Of a stretch of 64,000 bases of DNA, positions 35,301 to 45,758 are shown one piece after another. The position numbers were made by a program, and so were the translations under genes. Every line of letters begins with the position of its first letter. Within the stretch, counting starts at the first letter, position 1. The DNA is from Amoebophrya sp. A120. Its lineage: Eukaryota > Protista > Dinoflagellata. The notes under the pieces are model-generated. The model saw only the letters and a list, made by a program, of their open reading frames with translations, was not told the origin of the DNA and made no database searches. The stretch covers positions 12,383,832 to 12,447,831 of the forward strand of contig CAJINV010000001.1 in assembly GCA_905178155.1 (NCBI GenBank). Direction: 5' to 3'.

Positions 35301-38300
35301 CAGCTCTGGCGGTCGGTTCTAACAATCCCCTGCGGACAGACCTCGAGCGTCAGCTGCGATTTCTCCAGCCTGCTTTCGTCGCGCGACCCCTTGCACATCG
35401 AAGAGCGAAAAAGGATGCTGGGCGCCGAGTCGTTGTCTGGTATGGCAGTATCCAAGAATAGCATTCCTTTTTGCACCCCTGTCCGAATTTGGATGGCCGT
35501 CAGCCAGCTCCCGGGCTCGAAATATATGCCGCAGGTGCTCTCGAGGTGTGCCTGGACGCGGGCCATCTGGCCGATCGAAATGCGCCCGCCACCGTCGGAA
35601 AGAATTTGACCTGTTGCAAGTGGAGGCGCCATAGTGAATTGCTATTGGCATGACGACAATGCTGCATTGATATGGCTTACCACAGATCACAAATTAGAAA
35701 GCATGGCCGAAAGGAAATGTCTTGTAATGCAAAGGCCACAAATGAAATCTAAGAAGCTGACTCCCATCCAACTCGTCGCGTGCCGCTCACTATGCATTTG
35801 TTTCTAACCAAAAAGAAGAAAAGTCTGCTAATCTACCAATACCTGTCTTCTTCGCCCGAATGTCGTCTTCGATTGTCCGCTGGGAGGCCGGAACGACGGC
35901 AGTGCGGAATGTTCGAGATGACAACAGCTGAAAGCGCGCCACGAACTTCCCCGGCTTTAGACCGCGAACGTCGGCCGATGACATGGGCATATGCCAGGTC
36001 CGGAGTTTCGTCGCAACTGTACTAGGTTCCTCCCCGCTGAAATACTCGACGAAGATCAGCTTTTTGTTGGCGTCGAACTCGTGGTGGGGGCACAGAAAAA
36101 CGAAGGTCCGGGGACCGCTCCGCAGCTTGCCGCGAGCGTCCTCGCTGGCCGTCGTGGTGAGCAGCTTCACTGTTCGCGGGAACTCGTCGATCCGCCTTGT
36201 GCGCCGAAGCATCGCTTTTACCGCCACACCCCCCGCGGTCGCTCCCTCTTCCTCGTCGGCAGCTCCGCCGTCCCCTGCTCCACCCCCCTCCGCCGCCTCG
36301 CTTGCGCCGGGCTCCGCGTCCTTCTTTGGTCGTATCCGTTGGAAAAACGTCCCCAACCCATTGCGATTCTTCTTCTTATCAGGCAACAGAACTCGGCTTG
36401 TTTTTAGTCTTACGAATACAAACTCAGGCTTAACTTTTCATTCTCAATCGATGGAAGTAAAAGTAGTTCACACGAGCTGACACACGACTCGGCGTCACAT
36501 TTCGCGGCGCTTCAGCGAGCGCTTCTGCGAGGCAGCACTGCCCTGGCCTTCAGTTCGCTTTCCAGCGGCATTTCCCCCAAAACCAGGGGGAATATTTAAA
36601 TTTTAACTCGCCCGCAGGGCGAAAACATGGCGTTTTTGAAAATTTTGCGATAGTTCCCCACCCTCTGGGGCTGTAGAATTTGGCTTTAAACGAGCCGAAA
36701 CCGAGCTCGCGGGCGGCCGCTCACGGCCTCGACTCTCATGTCAGCTCGAGCTTCTGCATCCTTCAGCAAAGGGGCGATGGTGCGCAATAGCATTGCAGCT
36801 GCCAGCAAGTGGCGGGCCTTCGCCCTGCGAGAGCCTCCTCTGAAGCATTTTCACTCTTCTGAGCATTTTTTTCTCTTTCCTTGGGCGGTATCTCCCGCCC
36901 ATTTCTTTTCGCCGAATGTGCGGGCGTGGGAGCTCTGCCCCACGGCTACTTCTAAGCACTTTGCGATGAGAAAACTTCCCACATGACGGATTTTCCGCCG
37001 GCAGCATCTACTTTGATGTGATGTTGCGGCAGGGCAGGGCTCTGGCCAAGATCCTTCCGTCCGAATGCGACTGTGTGTCATGCGCAGCTCTATACTGACG
37101 AGCGCCTTCATTCTAAAAAATGGAGCTTGCAAGCTTGCAAGCAAGTTGTCATGGGGTGGGGGCGTTTTTCCACTGGATAGGTCGGCCCCGCTTTTTCGGA
37201 ACCGCGCGGCCCGGTGGCTTCTTGTTCTTCTGTACCTGGGGGCTCTCTCCGCGGCCTGCGGCCCGCACGTGCTTGGCGCCGCCGTTTTCATCGTAGTATT
37301 CCGGATTTGGCTCCCATACGTATGGCGGCACCCGCACGGTGATCGGCTGCCGTCCCTCCTCCTGGCACTTTTCAAGTAGCCGGGTCCCGAGCGTTGACGG
37401 CCCGCCGCCTCTGCCGCTTCGGTTGTGCCCGTAGTCCAAGACAGAGCCGGCGTATGGAAGGAAAATCTGTGAGCGCGTTTGCTCCTTGAAATTTTGCTTT
37501 TCTCGATGAACGAAAGCGAATCTGAAATCAAAATGAGACAAGCTTAACAAGCCGGCCTTGGTAAGCGCCCACTTTCTTTCAAGAACTACGGCAATGCATG
37601 TACAAACAAAATTATGAAAGTCGTCTTGTTGTTACCCCGACAAAAAAGCGCGACGCGCTTGTTGGACTAGTAATTCTAATTTCAGCAACACAAATAAACT
37701 CCTCCACGTAACAGGCCAAAACGACACTCCCAATGCAAAACGCGCATGAAATAGAGATAGGACTCGCAAGCACTTCCGGCATGACAGTAAAAGTCCTTTC
37801 TTTGCGTAGTCGTTGCAGCTACGTGCACAGTCCACGGTAGCAGGAGCACTCACAGATTGACAGTGCTAATTTGGTTCACGGTACATAACACCACAAAGAT
37901 TTCACCAAGCACTTGCTTTTCCACTATCGGTCTTGGCCGCGATTGCTTCCACTCTGGCCCCTTGCCCGCGTTCTTGCCGTCCCCCCGCGGCCTCTGCTCC
38001 TCTTGTTGGTCGGTCTGTGTCTCCTGCGCCGCGTCTTTGCTGTTGTTCTTCTGCCTCTTTGCCTCGGCTCGGGCTCGTGCGCGCTCGTCTGCCTGTGCGA
38101 GGTCCGGCAACAAGTCCGCCAGCGGGGTGATGTCCGAAGACGCCGATGACTGCTGCGGGGGCATTGAGGACGAAGAGGACTGCGCCCATCCTCTTTGTTG
38201 GCGCGGGTCCGCCCGTGCGTACGCACTCCCCTCCATGGCAACCGGGTCGAACAGCCGGCCAGTGTCGACGTGCGTCGGCACGCAGCGGCGGTCGCCGAAC

Positions 38301-38473
38301 GCATTCCGCCACTCGTACGGAGACGGAAGGCAGTAAGTGAACGCGCGGAAGTGCTGGTCGCTCTTCAGGAGGGGTCTCCATGTCGACGAATCCAGTAGGC
38401 AGGTGGCAAAATCCCGACTATAGCGTCCCTCCTGGTCCGCCAGCTGTTGCACCTTGTAGCTTAAGTCACACAT
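32336..38473 (-). CDS. Eukaryotic RNAi-type RNA-dependent RNA polymerase (~1386 aa) with an AT-hook. Exons ~38473-37854, 37521-37180, 36327-35843, 35610-34727, 34525-33654, 33293-32336
   Basis: Ordered RdRP motifs KFVARFQLLSSRT, LSDGGGRIS, AIQIRTGVQKGML, RSSMCK, LNAQFLPLL, TPAVLPTDLQ, catalytic GGDYDGD, VLDMIKG. Three GT-AG introns (37522-37853, 35611-35842, 34526-34726) plus two introners give a 4161-nt frame. Confidence 0.88.
33299..33653. mobile_element. Introner A3 (355 bp), stop-free in the RdRP frame, with decayed direct repeat
   Basis: TATCAAGTGCAAATATGTCTGGGCC ... GGCCCAGACATATTTGCGTCTGATA; sense-strand flanks AACCA and AGCTT; element plus 5 nt = 360 nt keeps frame. Confidence 0.85.
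36333..37179. mobile_element. Introner B4, long copy (847 bp)
   Basis: TATCCGTTGGAAAAACGTCCCCAACCCA ... TGGGGTGGGGGCGTTTTTCCACTGGATA; direct repeat GGTCG at 36328-36332 and 37180-37184; removal restores KKRGRPKKDAEP. Confidence 0.9.
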
Positions 38474-39532
38474 ATTTACATTGTCATGTAATATCCCAGG
38501 GGGAAATTCAAGTTTTGAAATAGCACAAACACCAACATATTAATGATTGCGTCGATAAAGCCATTTGTGTTTGTCGCCAAGGAATAAAATCGAAATAAAT
38601 TGTTTGTCGCTTAAACGACAAATCATGACCGACCAAAGGTAAAAGTCTCGCGCTGTTTTATCAATGCCGTTGCTACCGTCGGGCTTTCGTTTCTATTACT
38701 GAAAGACTTCAAAGCTTCCATATACTGGCGCGATAGTAGCGCAGCATATTGCTAAGTCGCTGCAAAAAAAATGAGCGGGCAGCAGGCCGATTGAGAGCAC
38801 ACAAGTAACGCCACCGCACGACCACATCACGACCGAGCGCAAATGAAAGCATCGGAGCGAAATACATCTACAACTTACTACTCGACGAGATCAGCGACTG
38901 ATTCCACCGCGGAATGCTCATCATCACCAACAAAGATAGAGGATCTTCACGCTGCCGCAAGAACGCTGATGTTGAGCGCATACCGAACATTGCCACTGCT
39001 TATTGATCACACTTGGAAAAGTCCTTGGCACAGCTTTCAGCTCGTCCACAGCTACTTCTCATAAAAATTGAACATGCTTTGGGCACTTGTCACAGAATCG
39101 AAAAAAGCACAAGAAGTGTGGCCTTGAATACACGCGCAGACTGCAGAAACGCCAATCTAGGGAGCCGGATACATACTCACGACCGATCAATCAGATTCCG
39201 AAGCCAAAACCAGACGAACACACACGCAAAAATCTTATCGGCACTATTCTCAAGGACTGCCACAGCCCCCAAGCTCTTCCATTCAATGCCGGTCGAAACA
39301 GATGAATCAAAAACAGTGTAGCTGACACGGAAGTCCGTCTCGATGTTTCGTGTTTGTTTCTGCAACTACATGGAGTGACTAGTAGTAGGACAAACTTTCA
39401 CTCGTTCTGAAACACACGAGGAAAGGGAAACATCCAACCAGAGAAAAGCTCCATCATGGATCATACATTGTTCCGCGAAAAAGCTTCCAAAAACTAAATC
39501 GTACATTAGCATTCAAATCACCGAGCAGACAT

Positions 39533-42500
39533 TCACTTTCCGCGCCCACTGTTTCCGCCCAACAAGCACTCGAGCAGCCGCTCGACCGAGCGAAATCGTT
39601 TTTTCGCCTTAATTGCTTGCAGGACTGGCACCAGGTCGAGAATTTCAAAGCGGGCGTGGAGCCACGGGCTTTTCACGTAAGGTTGCACAAACTCCCGCTT
39701 CATTTTCGTGTATTCCAAGTCCAGGTCGCTCGTGTCGAGTGATTTCAGCTTCGCAAACGCCCTGCGGAGCTGGAAACTGCTGGTCTGGTAGGAAGCACTC
39801 TGGCTCATGCCCTCGTAGGTGTTGTTGACCTTGCAGCTGAACCACATCTCAAATTTCCGTAGCAAAGACCGAAATCGGTAATCCCGCTCAATCTCTATAA
39901 AGGGCTCCTTGCGAAACAGCTCGGGTCTGTGGTTGGTCAAGTAGCTAGAATTATTTCTACCGTGGCTGTTTATTTTCGACATCACATTCGTACTGTGTAG
40001 TTGTGTTTCCGCAGTAGAAGTAGAGACACCACGCCTACTATCCACCTTCCCGTGCTGCTGAAGACTCTGCTCGGTGCTCCGGATGACCTGGAAAAGCCCC
40101 GACATGACGTTGGTCTTGACAAATCGGTCGATTGGACTCGGCACGTGACGGTGGGGCAGCGGGTGTTCCCCGCAGAAGCAGCGGTAGTCCGGTTCGCCGT
40201 TCGGGAGTTCGCTGTACTCCACGGGGATCACATCGTCCATGTTTAAACTGGGCCCGCTGTTCACCTCGAGCAGGTGCATCTTCATGTCCGCATCCAACAT
40301 CAAGTCGAATCCGAGCAGCTGCGCACACCGCGCTTCGTTCTTTTCGTAGAAACTGCGATGCTTCGCGTTTTTGTCACACGAAAAAGGGCGGTACGTCGCC
40401 AGCAAGTACGGGTGTACCGCCTCTGCCCACTGCCCGCAGATGTCGGACAGCTGTTCATAGAACTTCTCTCGGTTGAAGGTGTCCGGAAACTCCTGCTCAA
40501 TCTGGGACAGGACGACGGATAGTAGACGCTTGGACGCAAGCGGATCGCTTGAAAGAGCTTCAAAAGACATGGTGGCACCAGGATCACTTCCTGCTGCAGC
40601 GGGAGCGCCGCTCGTGTCTAGTTTCTTAGCTCCTGATGTCGCGGGGGGCACTTTGCAGTTTCTATCGGATGTTGGAGCTGCTGATGTACCACAAAGATTT
40701 TTCCTCTGATGATTTTTGACGTCAACGTCAACTACTTTCGGTTTCTGGACTACGGGCGAACAGGGAGTAGCGATCAGATCGTCATCTTCTTCTTCCAAAC
40801 CAGCGGAGAATTTTTTATCCGTGTGCACGACTGCGACCTCGCCCGTGCCGTCATCAATCTGCACCTCTTCCTCCGATGTTGAGCTGCACACACCGTTTGA
40901 AGACGCTCTTTCCGGTGCAAACAAATGAATGCCTCCTCGCTGTTGCTGCAGTTCCGCCCCACTGTAAATGCCTGAGTGCTTACTGCCTGCCCCAACGATC
41001 TCCGCGCGACCGTTGCGGGCCAGCTGCTTGGTGCACTGCTTCTCCAGGGCCTCGACCTCCCGCAACCATCCGGAATAGTCAGGCTTCATGTGCTGGCTTC
41101 TGTTCTTCCCATGAAGACTATTCGGACTAGAACCAGATGCCGTTGCACCTCCACCCGGCGAGCCGCCCATCATTCCATTTCCCGCCGTGATGGTCTCGGA
41201 GGCCTTCCACTTGCTTTGTCGGGCGTTCCCGGTATTATTGTTCAGGTCGTCGAGGCAAAAAACGCCAACCTGCGTTGGCGAAGAGGAATTCGAGGAGGAA
41301 TTATTTGTTCCACCGGACGGGGACGAGAACAAACTAGAAGTCGTTCCGTGCTTGCGGACGAATTTCCGGTCCGCCAGAGTCGACGACGCCTGTTTCTCAA
41401 ACGAACCGTTCTGCCGGGCCTCGCTGGACCGCGCCACGATGTTGCCGCTGGCTGTTCGCGTCCACTTGTGTGGCTGGTCGGAGGTTGCGCCCTGAGACGG
41501 AGATGCCGTTCCGACAGACAGGTTGCAAGAAAGCGCAGAAGTAGTATTGCCACCTGCCGCTGCTCCCAAAGTGGAGGGAGGTGAAAATGTGCTCTTGAAG
41601 TTGTTTGTTCGCAGCTGCTGCACCTCCAGTTCGTTGTCCTGGCTGCGGTTCATATTTCCGAACTTGGCATTCCATTTGTCCTTCGGGCTTCTGACGGCAA
41701 TCCCGAGCTGGTTCACGCCGACGCCGTTCGCGGCGGTGGAGGCAGCAGCACCTGCAACAGTTTCCGCCCTTTGCCGCAACCGCTCACGCTCGTCCCGCTG
41801 CTTTTTCGCGAAATCCTGCATCGCAATCGTGGTGGTTCGATTCCGGGCGCCGGGGTTTGCTGCGAAGGCATTTCGGCTCGGCGGTCGATCGACAGGCGCG
41901 TGCAAATCGTGGATCTGCGGGGCATTGGCCGGGAAGCTGTTGATCTCTTCCATGATTTCATGCGGATCGTACCGGTCCGGGTCGTCATCGGTCAGTGTGT
42001 AGAAAGACGCCGTGTTTACCTTATCGTCTTCCGTCGTACTCCCCTCGGGCGCCTCAGGGAAGTGGTCGGTGAATGGAGTTCTTGCATTGTTTGTTCTCTT
42101 GATGATGTTGTCTCGACTTATTTCGCTCGGATCTTCGGACTCCGCAGCGCTGTTGCTCTTTGTTCCTGGTGTTTCGTCAGGAACAGTGGCGTCGTTTGGA
42201 GGTTCTACAGCAGCGTGTCCGACTTGATGCTCCCCTGCATCTTTTTCCCTTACATCTGCCCCTGAAATTTGAACGTCCGTGGTACGCACGGTGGTTAGAT
42301 GAGTCCGACCTTGCTTTATTTCATCAACCTCTGCTGGCGTCGCATCGCTTGTTCCATCGTTTGCTTCAGCCATACCCTGGGCCGCATCTGTATCGACGTT
42401 TTCTGTCGCGACCGCTGTCGGTGACGCCGGGACCACTCCAACTGGCTGCTGCGGTTGCTCGCCCGCGCGGACGTAGCCGTCGCACTTTTTCTGGATGCTG

Positions 42501-44782
42501 TAGTTGCACAGATGCCGCGCTAGCTCGTCGCTGTGTTCGTCGATGAGACGGTGCGTTGGGCTGTTCCCAACTACATTATTTGCACCCGCGGTACTCCCAC
42601 TGGCGCATTGGTCGCCGAACGGCTGGTATTTTTTCGTGCAGAAGCGACAGAGCGCTTCACGGCCAACAAAGATCTTGAAGTTCTTGCCGAACCCCGACAT
42701 CACCACGTACACACGCATGTCGAACTTGTAGCCGTTGAGCAGGAGCGGGTTGTCCAAATATTCTTGCAACACCAGGTTGCTACGACTGACGCTCCGCACC
42801 TGCAAATCCCGCATGCGGGAGAGCAGAAAGATCCCCTGTCCCTGCGACGAATCTTCGGGCTTGCAAATCAAAGTTTTCGTCGGGTTATCCTCTAAAAACT
42901 TCTCCACCAAGGGGCGGTCTTCGGGGTAGACCCAGGTTTTCGGGATGTGCTCGTGCAACACGAACGGCCGGCGCAAATAGTTGGTCGCCTGCTCTGTCGG
43001 CGTACTGATATTCGCATGGAAGTTGTCGCGGGTTAAGTTCGCAAACAACTTGTTCAGGGGATTCGTGTTCTGCTGGCTGTATTGGCCCGGCCGAGTTGGG
43101 AAATTCGAGTTCGTCAAAAGAACGGGGGTTTTGTTTCTCGCAAGCATTGCACTAGAAGACAGGTTGTCGTCGAACGTGATTTTCTGAGTCGAGTCATCCC
43201 CAGCTTCTGGATCAACACGAGCGAAATCTTTTGTCTGGGTCAGAATTTCGCCCTCCTCTACTGCTGCGCCTACTTGACGAGGCAAGCGGTTTCGCTTTGG
43301 CGAGACCAGGGCCGCACACGTCCGCGACATGAGATTCGTGCCACTTGGTCCGGACTGCGCTCCTGCCGCAGTTTCATTTTGGTATAGCCTTTTCTTCACC
43401 TCGCGATTAACGGGTGACAGTGTGGCTGCGGCGTTTACTTCCGTTACAGAAGAAGTTTTCCCCGAAGTAGACGTAGCCACATCGACATCCGTAGGACTGG
43501 GGTTCAAACTCGGTAATGGGGGCAGCCGCACCTTGTTCTGCTTCGCCGCTTTTTGTTCCGGATTGTTCCGCACGATCCCGAACGCCGCGTCGAGTTGCAT
43601 CGCTGCAGAGCTCGTCAGATGGCTGGGTTGCTCCAGCAAGCTGCTCTCTGACGGTTCCTGAAAAGACGTGATCGACTTCAGTAAACCGACGGCTTTCTGG
43701 ACCTTGTTCTTTTTCTTCTTGCCCTTGCGCTTTTTCTTCTTCTTGAAGTTGCTTGCGGTCCCGCCCATCATCTTCACCTCGTCCTCGTAAAACGTCGTTT
43801 GCATATTAGCACTTGTGGTGGCATCAAGAGGGCTCCTCGTTGACCATCCGGGCGCTTCCTGATTGTCCTCCTCCGATTCGTCGTTCTGTTCCTGATCGAG
43901 GTCTTCTCCAATAGGATTCTGATTATCCCCGCTCAGAACATCAGCGTTGTCATCGTTGTAGAATGCTGCAAAAGGTGCAGCGCTTGCGTCGACGTCCGGG
44001 GAAGCTTGCTGTACATGATCCGCGTCGTGGTCTTCGTCGCCCGACAAAAGATCAGGATCCTCATCCTCATCCCCAATACCGTCTGCAGCTTCATTCGTAG
44101 TTTCACCGTCGACTGCGACTCCGCCTGGTCGCCCTGCCACAGCCGCCTCTAGAGTGCCACTCGTCGTGTTTCCTATTCTCTTGCTCTTCAGCGCCGACGG
44201 ACCCCGGGGCGCGGGCTCCAAGGCGAGCAGCTGATCGCCCAGACGCCGGAAATACCGGGCCATATTCACCTTTGCACACATCTCGGCCATGCCCGGGTAG
44301 CGCGTGATCCAGCAACCGCCGCCAGCTTCCTCGAGCACCGGGAGAAACTCGGATTGCTGCAGGATGAAGCACACACGATTGATGCCATTGTTGGTCCTAT
44401 TCCCGTTCTTGTTCCTCCGCCGGGACGGCGAGCTGTCCGGCGAAAGCGAGCGGTCGTCTTGTGGAGTATTATCGTGGTCTACTGGAGTGGAAGCGGTTGA
44501 AATTAGGCCGCTCGGAGGAAAAGTTGGCGTCAGTGTGTCGACGAAGCCCCATTTCACCGTTGACAGGAGAGGAGCAGCGGGATGCTCCTGCAGCTGTCGG
44601 TGTTGAGTTCTGCTTTTTCTATTCCTTTTCAAGGCGGTCTCGTTGGTTCGCGTTTCTTCAAGCGCAACTGCTCTCCGGATAAGGTCCTGCCACTTGCCGG
44701 GGCGTGGACTCAGCCACACAGACCACTTCTCTTCTTCGCCGGTAGGCAAGTAAGGGGCCGCGGGATAAGGGGCTTGCGCCAT
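39533..44782 (-). CDS. Tubulin-tyrosine ligase-like (TTLL) protein, probable polyglutamylase, 1749 aa, intronless
   Basis: IPKTWVYP, ICKPEDSSQGQGIFL, LQEYLDNPLLLNGYKFDMRVYVV, HLCNYSIQK, LLGFDLMLD, LLEVNSGPSL. Confidence 0.92.
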   Translation of the reverse strand: MAQAPYPAAPYLPTGEEEKWSVWLSPRPGKWQDLIRRAVALEETRTNETALKRNRKSRTQHRQLQEHPAAPLLSTVKWGFVDTLTPTFPPSGLISTASTPVDHDNTPQDDRSLSPDSSPSRRRNKNGNRTNNGINRVCFILQQSEFLPVLEEAGGGCWITRYPGMAEMCAKVNMARYFRRLGDQLLALEPAPRGPSALKSKRIGNTTSGTLEAAVAGRPGGVAVDGETTNEAADGIGDEDEDPDLLSGDEDHDADHVQQASPDVDASAAPFAAFYNDDNADVLSGDNQNPIGEDLDQEQNDESEEDNQEAPGWSTRSPLDATTSANMQTTFYEDEVKMMGGTASNFKKKKKRKGKKKKNKVQKAVGLLKSITSFQEPSESSLLEQPSHLTSSAAMQLDAAFGIVRNNPEQKAAKQNKVRLPPLPSLNPSPTDVDVATSTSGKTSSVTEVNAAATLSPVNREVKKRLYQNETAAGAQSGPSGTNLMSRTCAALVSPKRNRLPRQVGAAVEEGEILTQTKDFARVDPEAGDDSTQKITFDDNLSSSAMLARNKTPVLLTNSNFPTRPGQYSQQNTNPLNKLFANLTRDNFHANISTPTEQATNYLRRPFVLHEHIPKTWVYPEDRPLVEKFLEDNPTKTLICKPEDSSQGQGIFLLSRMRDLQVRSVSRSNLVLQEYLDNPLLLNGYKFDMRVYVVMSGFGKNFKIFVGREALCRFCTKKYQPFGDQCASGSTAGANNVVGNSPTHRLIDEHSDELARHLCNYSIQKKCDGYVRAGEQPQQPVGVVPASPTAVATENVDTDAAQGMAEANDGTSDATPAEVDEIKQGRTHLTTVRTTDVQISGADVREKDAGEHQVGHAAVEPPNDATVPDETPGTKSNSAAESEDPSEISRDNIIKRTNNARTPFTDHFPEAPEGSTTEDDKVNTASFYTLTDDDPDRYDPHEIMEEINSFPANAPQIHDLHAPVDRPPSRNAFAANPGARNRTTTIAMQDFAKKQRDERERLRQRAETVAGAAASTAANGVGVNQLGIAVRSPKDKWNAKFGNMNRSQDNELEVQQLRTNNFKSTFSPPSTLGAAAGGNTTSALSCNLSVGTASPSQGATSDQPHKWTRTASGNIVARSSEARQNGSFEKQASSTLADRKFVRKHGTTSSLFSSPSGGTNNSSSNSSSPTQVGVFCLDDLNNNTGNARQSKWKASETITAGNGMMGGSPGGGATASGSSPNSLHGKNRSQHMKPDYSGWLREVEALEKQCTKQLARNGRAEIVGAGSKHSGIYSGAELQQQRGGIHLFAPERASSNGVCSSTSEEEVQIDDGTGEVAVVHTDKKFSAGLEEEDDDLIATPCSPVVQKPKVVDVDVKNHQRKNLCGTSAAPTSDRNCKVPPATSGAKKLDTSGAPAAAGSDPGATMSFEALSSDPLASKRLLSVVLSQIEQEFPDTFNREKFYEQLSDICGQWAEAVHPYLLATYRPFSCDKNAKHRSFYEKNEARCAQLLGFDLMLDADMKMHLLEVNSGPSLNMDDVIPVEYSELPNGEPDYRCFCGEHPLPHRHVPSPIDRFVKTNVMSGLFQVIRSTEQSLQQHGKVDSRRGVSTSTAETQLHSTNVMSKINSHGRNNSSYLTNHRPELFRKEPFIEIERDYRFRSLLRKFEMWFSCKVNNTYEGMSQSASYQTSSFQLRRAFAKLKSLDTSDLDLEYTKMKREFVQPYVKSPWLHARFEILDLVPVLQAIKAKKRFRSVERLLECLLGGNSGRGK

Positions 44783-45758
44783 CTTCGTTCAAGGCAGACA
44801 CACGAAAAAGTAGATGGCAAAAGGAAATAATAAAACCACCGAACGTTGGCTGCGGAGGATAAACTTCTAGAGATGTTCCGCCTATTCGGCACAGGCAGGA
44901 GGTTGCCGTTCCAAACTTTCCCTCAGGATAAAATTAGAGATTCGCATGGCCATCTATGTATGTTTCGAGGGTAGTAGAAGCATCATCATGCCGCGACACT
45001 GCAGAGCCGTCTTCAAAAAAAGTTGTCGGAAACGAAAACTGCACTCGGCCGTTTGAAAATGATTCAGAAAAAAAAGGAAGGAAACTCGAGGACTATTGTA
45101 CTGCACTTGTTCAACAACCTGGACCTGCATAAATACCATCATTCAAAACGGCAGCAAATTGAGATGCATTTCTTCGGCAAAGACGAGAAGAAACGAACTC
45201 GAAGTATAGAAATAATGGGCACGATGGAAGAACGTCACGCAGGAACGATGGATGTGATGGGTGTTGTAACGGAAGAACGATCAAACCGGAAAGTATGAAC
45301 GACAGAAAAACTACGAAGATGCGGTGGCATTCAGAACGACGACGAGCCACAGGCATGTCACTGAAAACCAAGTCGCTGTTTTGATACGAGAAATAACTCC
45401 ATGCTGGTGCAATGCGGTCATTTACTATCTATTCGCGCAGATCGGGTCAAAAATTCAATAGTCTATCTCTGCAGTTCAGCAGTTTAATCGTGTTGCTCGT
45501 GCGGCAACTCCAGCACATGAATCAATGTGGTGTTGACATTGCTATGTGTAAATGGGAATCTTCTAAACAATTTGCGCTCCTCCGCAACATGCGCAGTCAA
45601 TACTTTCATTTTTATTTTGTTTTTGATTCTCCTACTAAACAGGCACTGATGTTTCGAAACTTCGAGAACTTCTAGCACGATTGCTTAGAGATAAAGACAC
45701 TAAAATGAGGAAAAACTGAAATTCGAAATTACCTAAAGGCTGCTGATGACACCACCCC

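Noticed and set aside
36741-37130. Transposase or recombinase inside the 847-bp element
   Set aside because: Only short ORFs, with no DDE or tyrosine-recombinase motif visible
38493-38515. TATCCCAGGGGGAAATTC as another introner end upstream of the RdRP
   Set aside because: No partner inverted end or 5-bp repeat found; it shares only CCAGGGGGAA with the B4 interior
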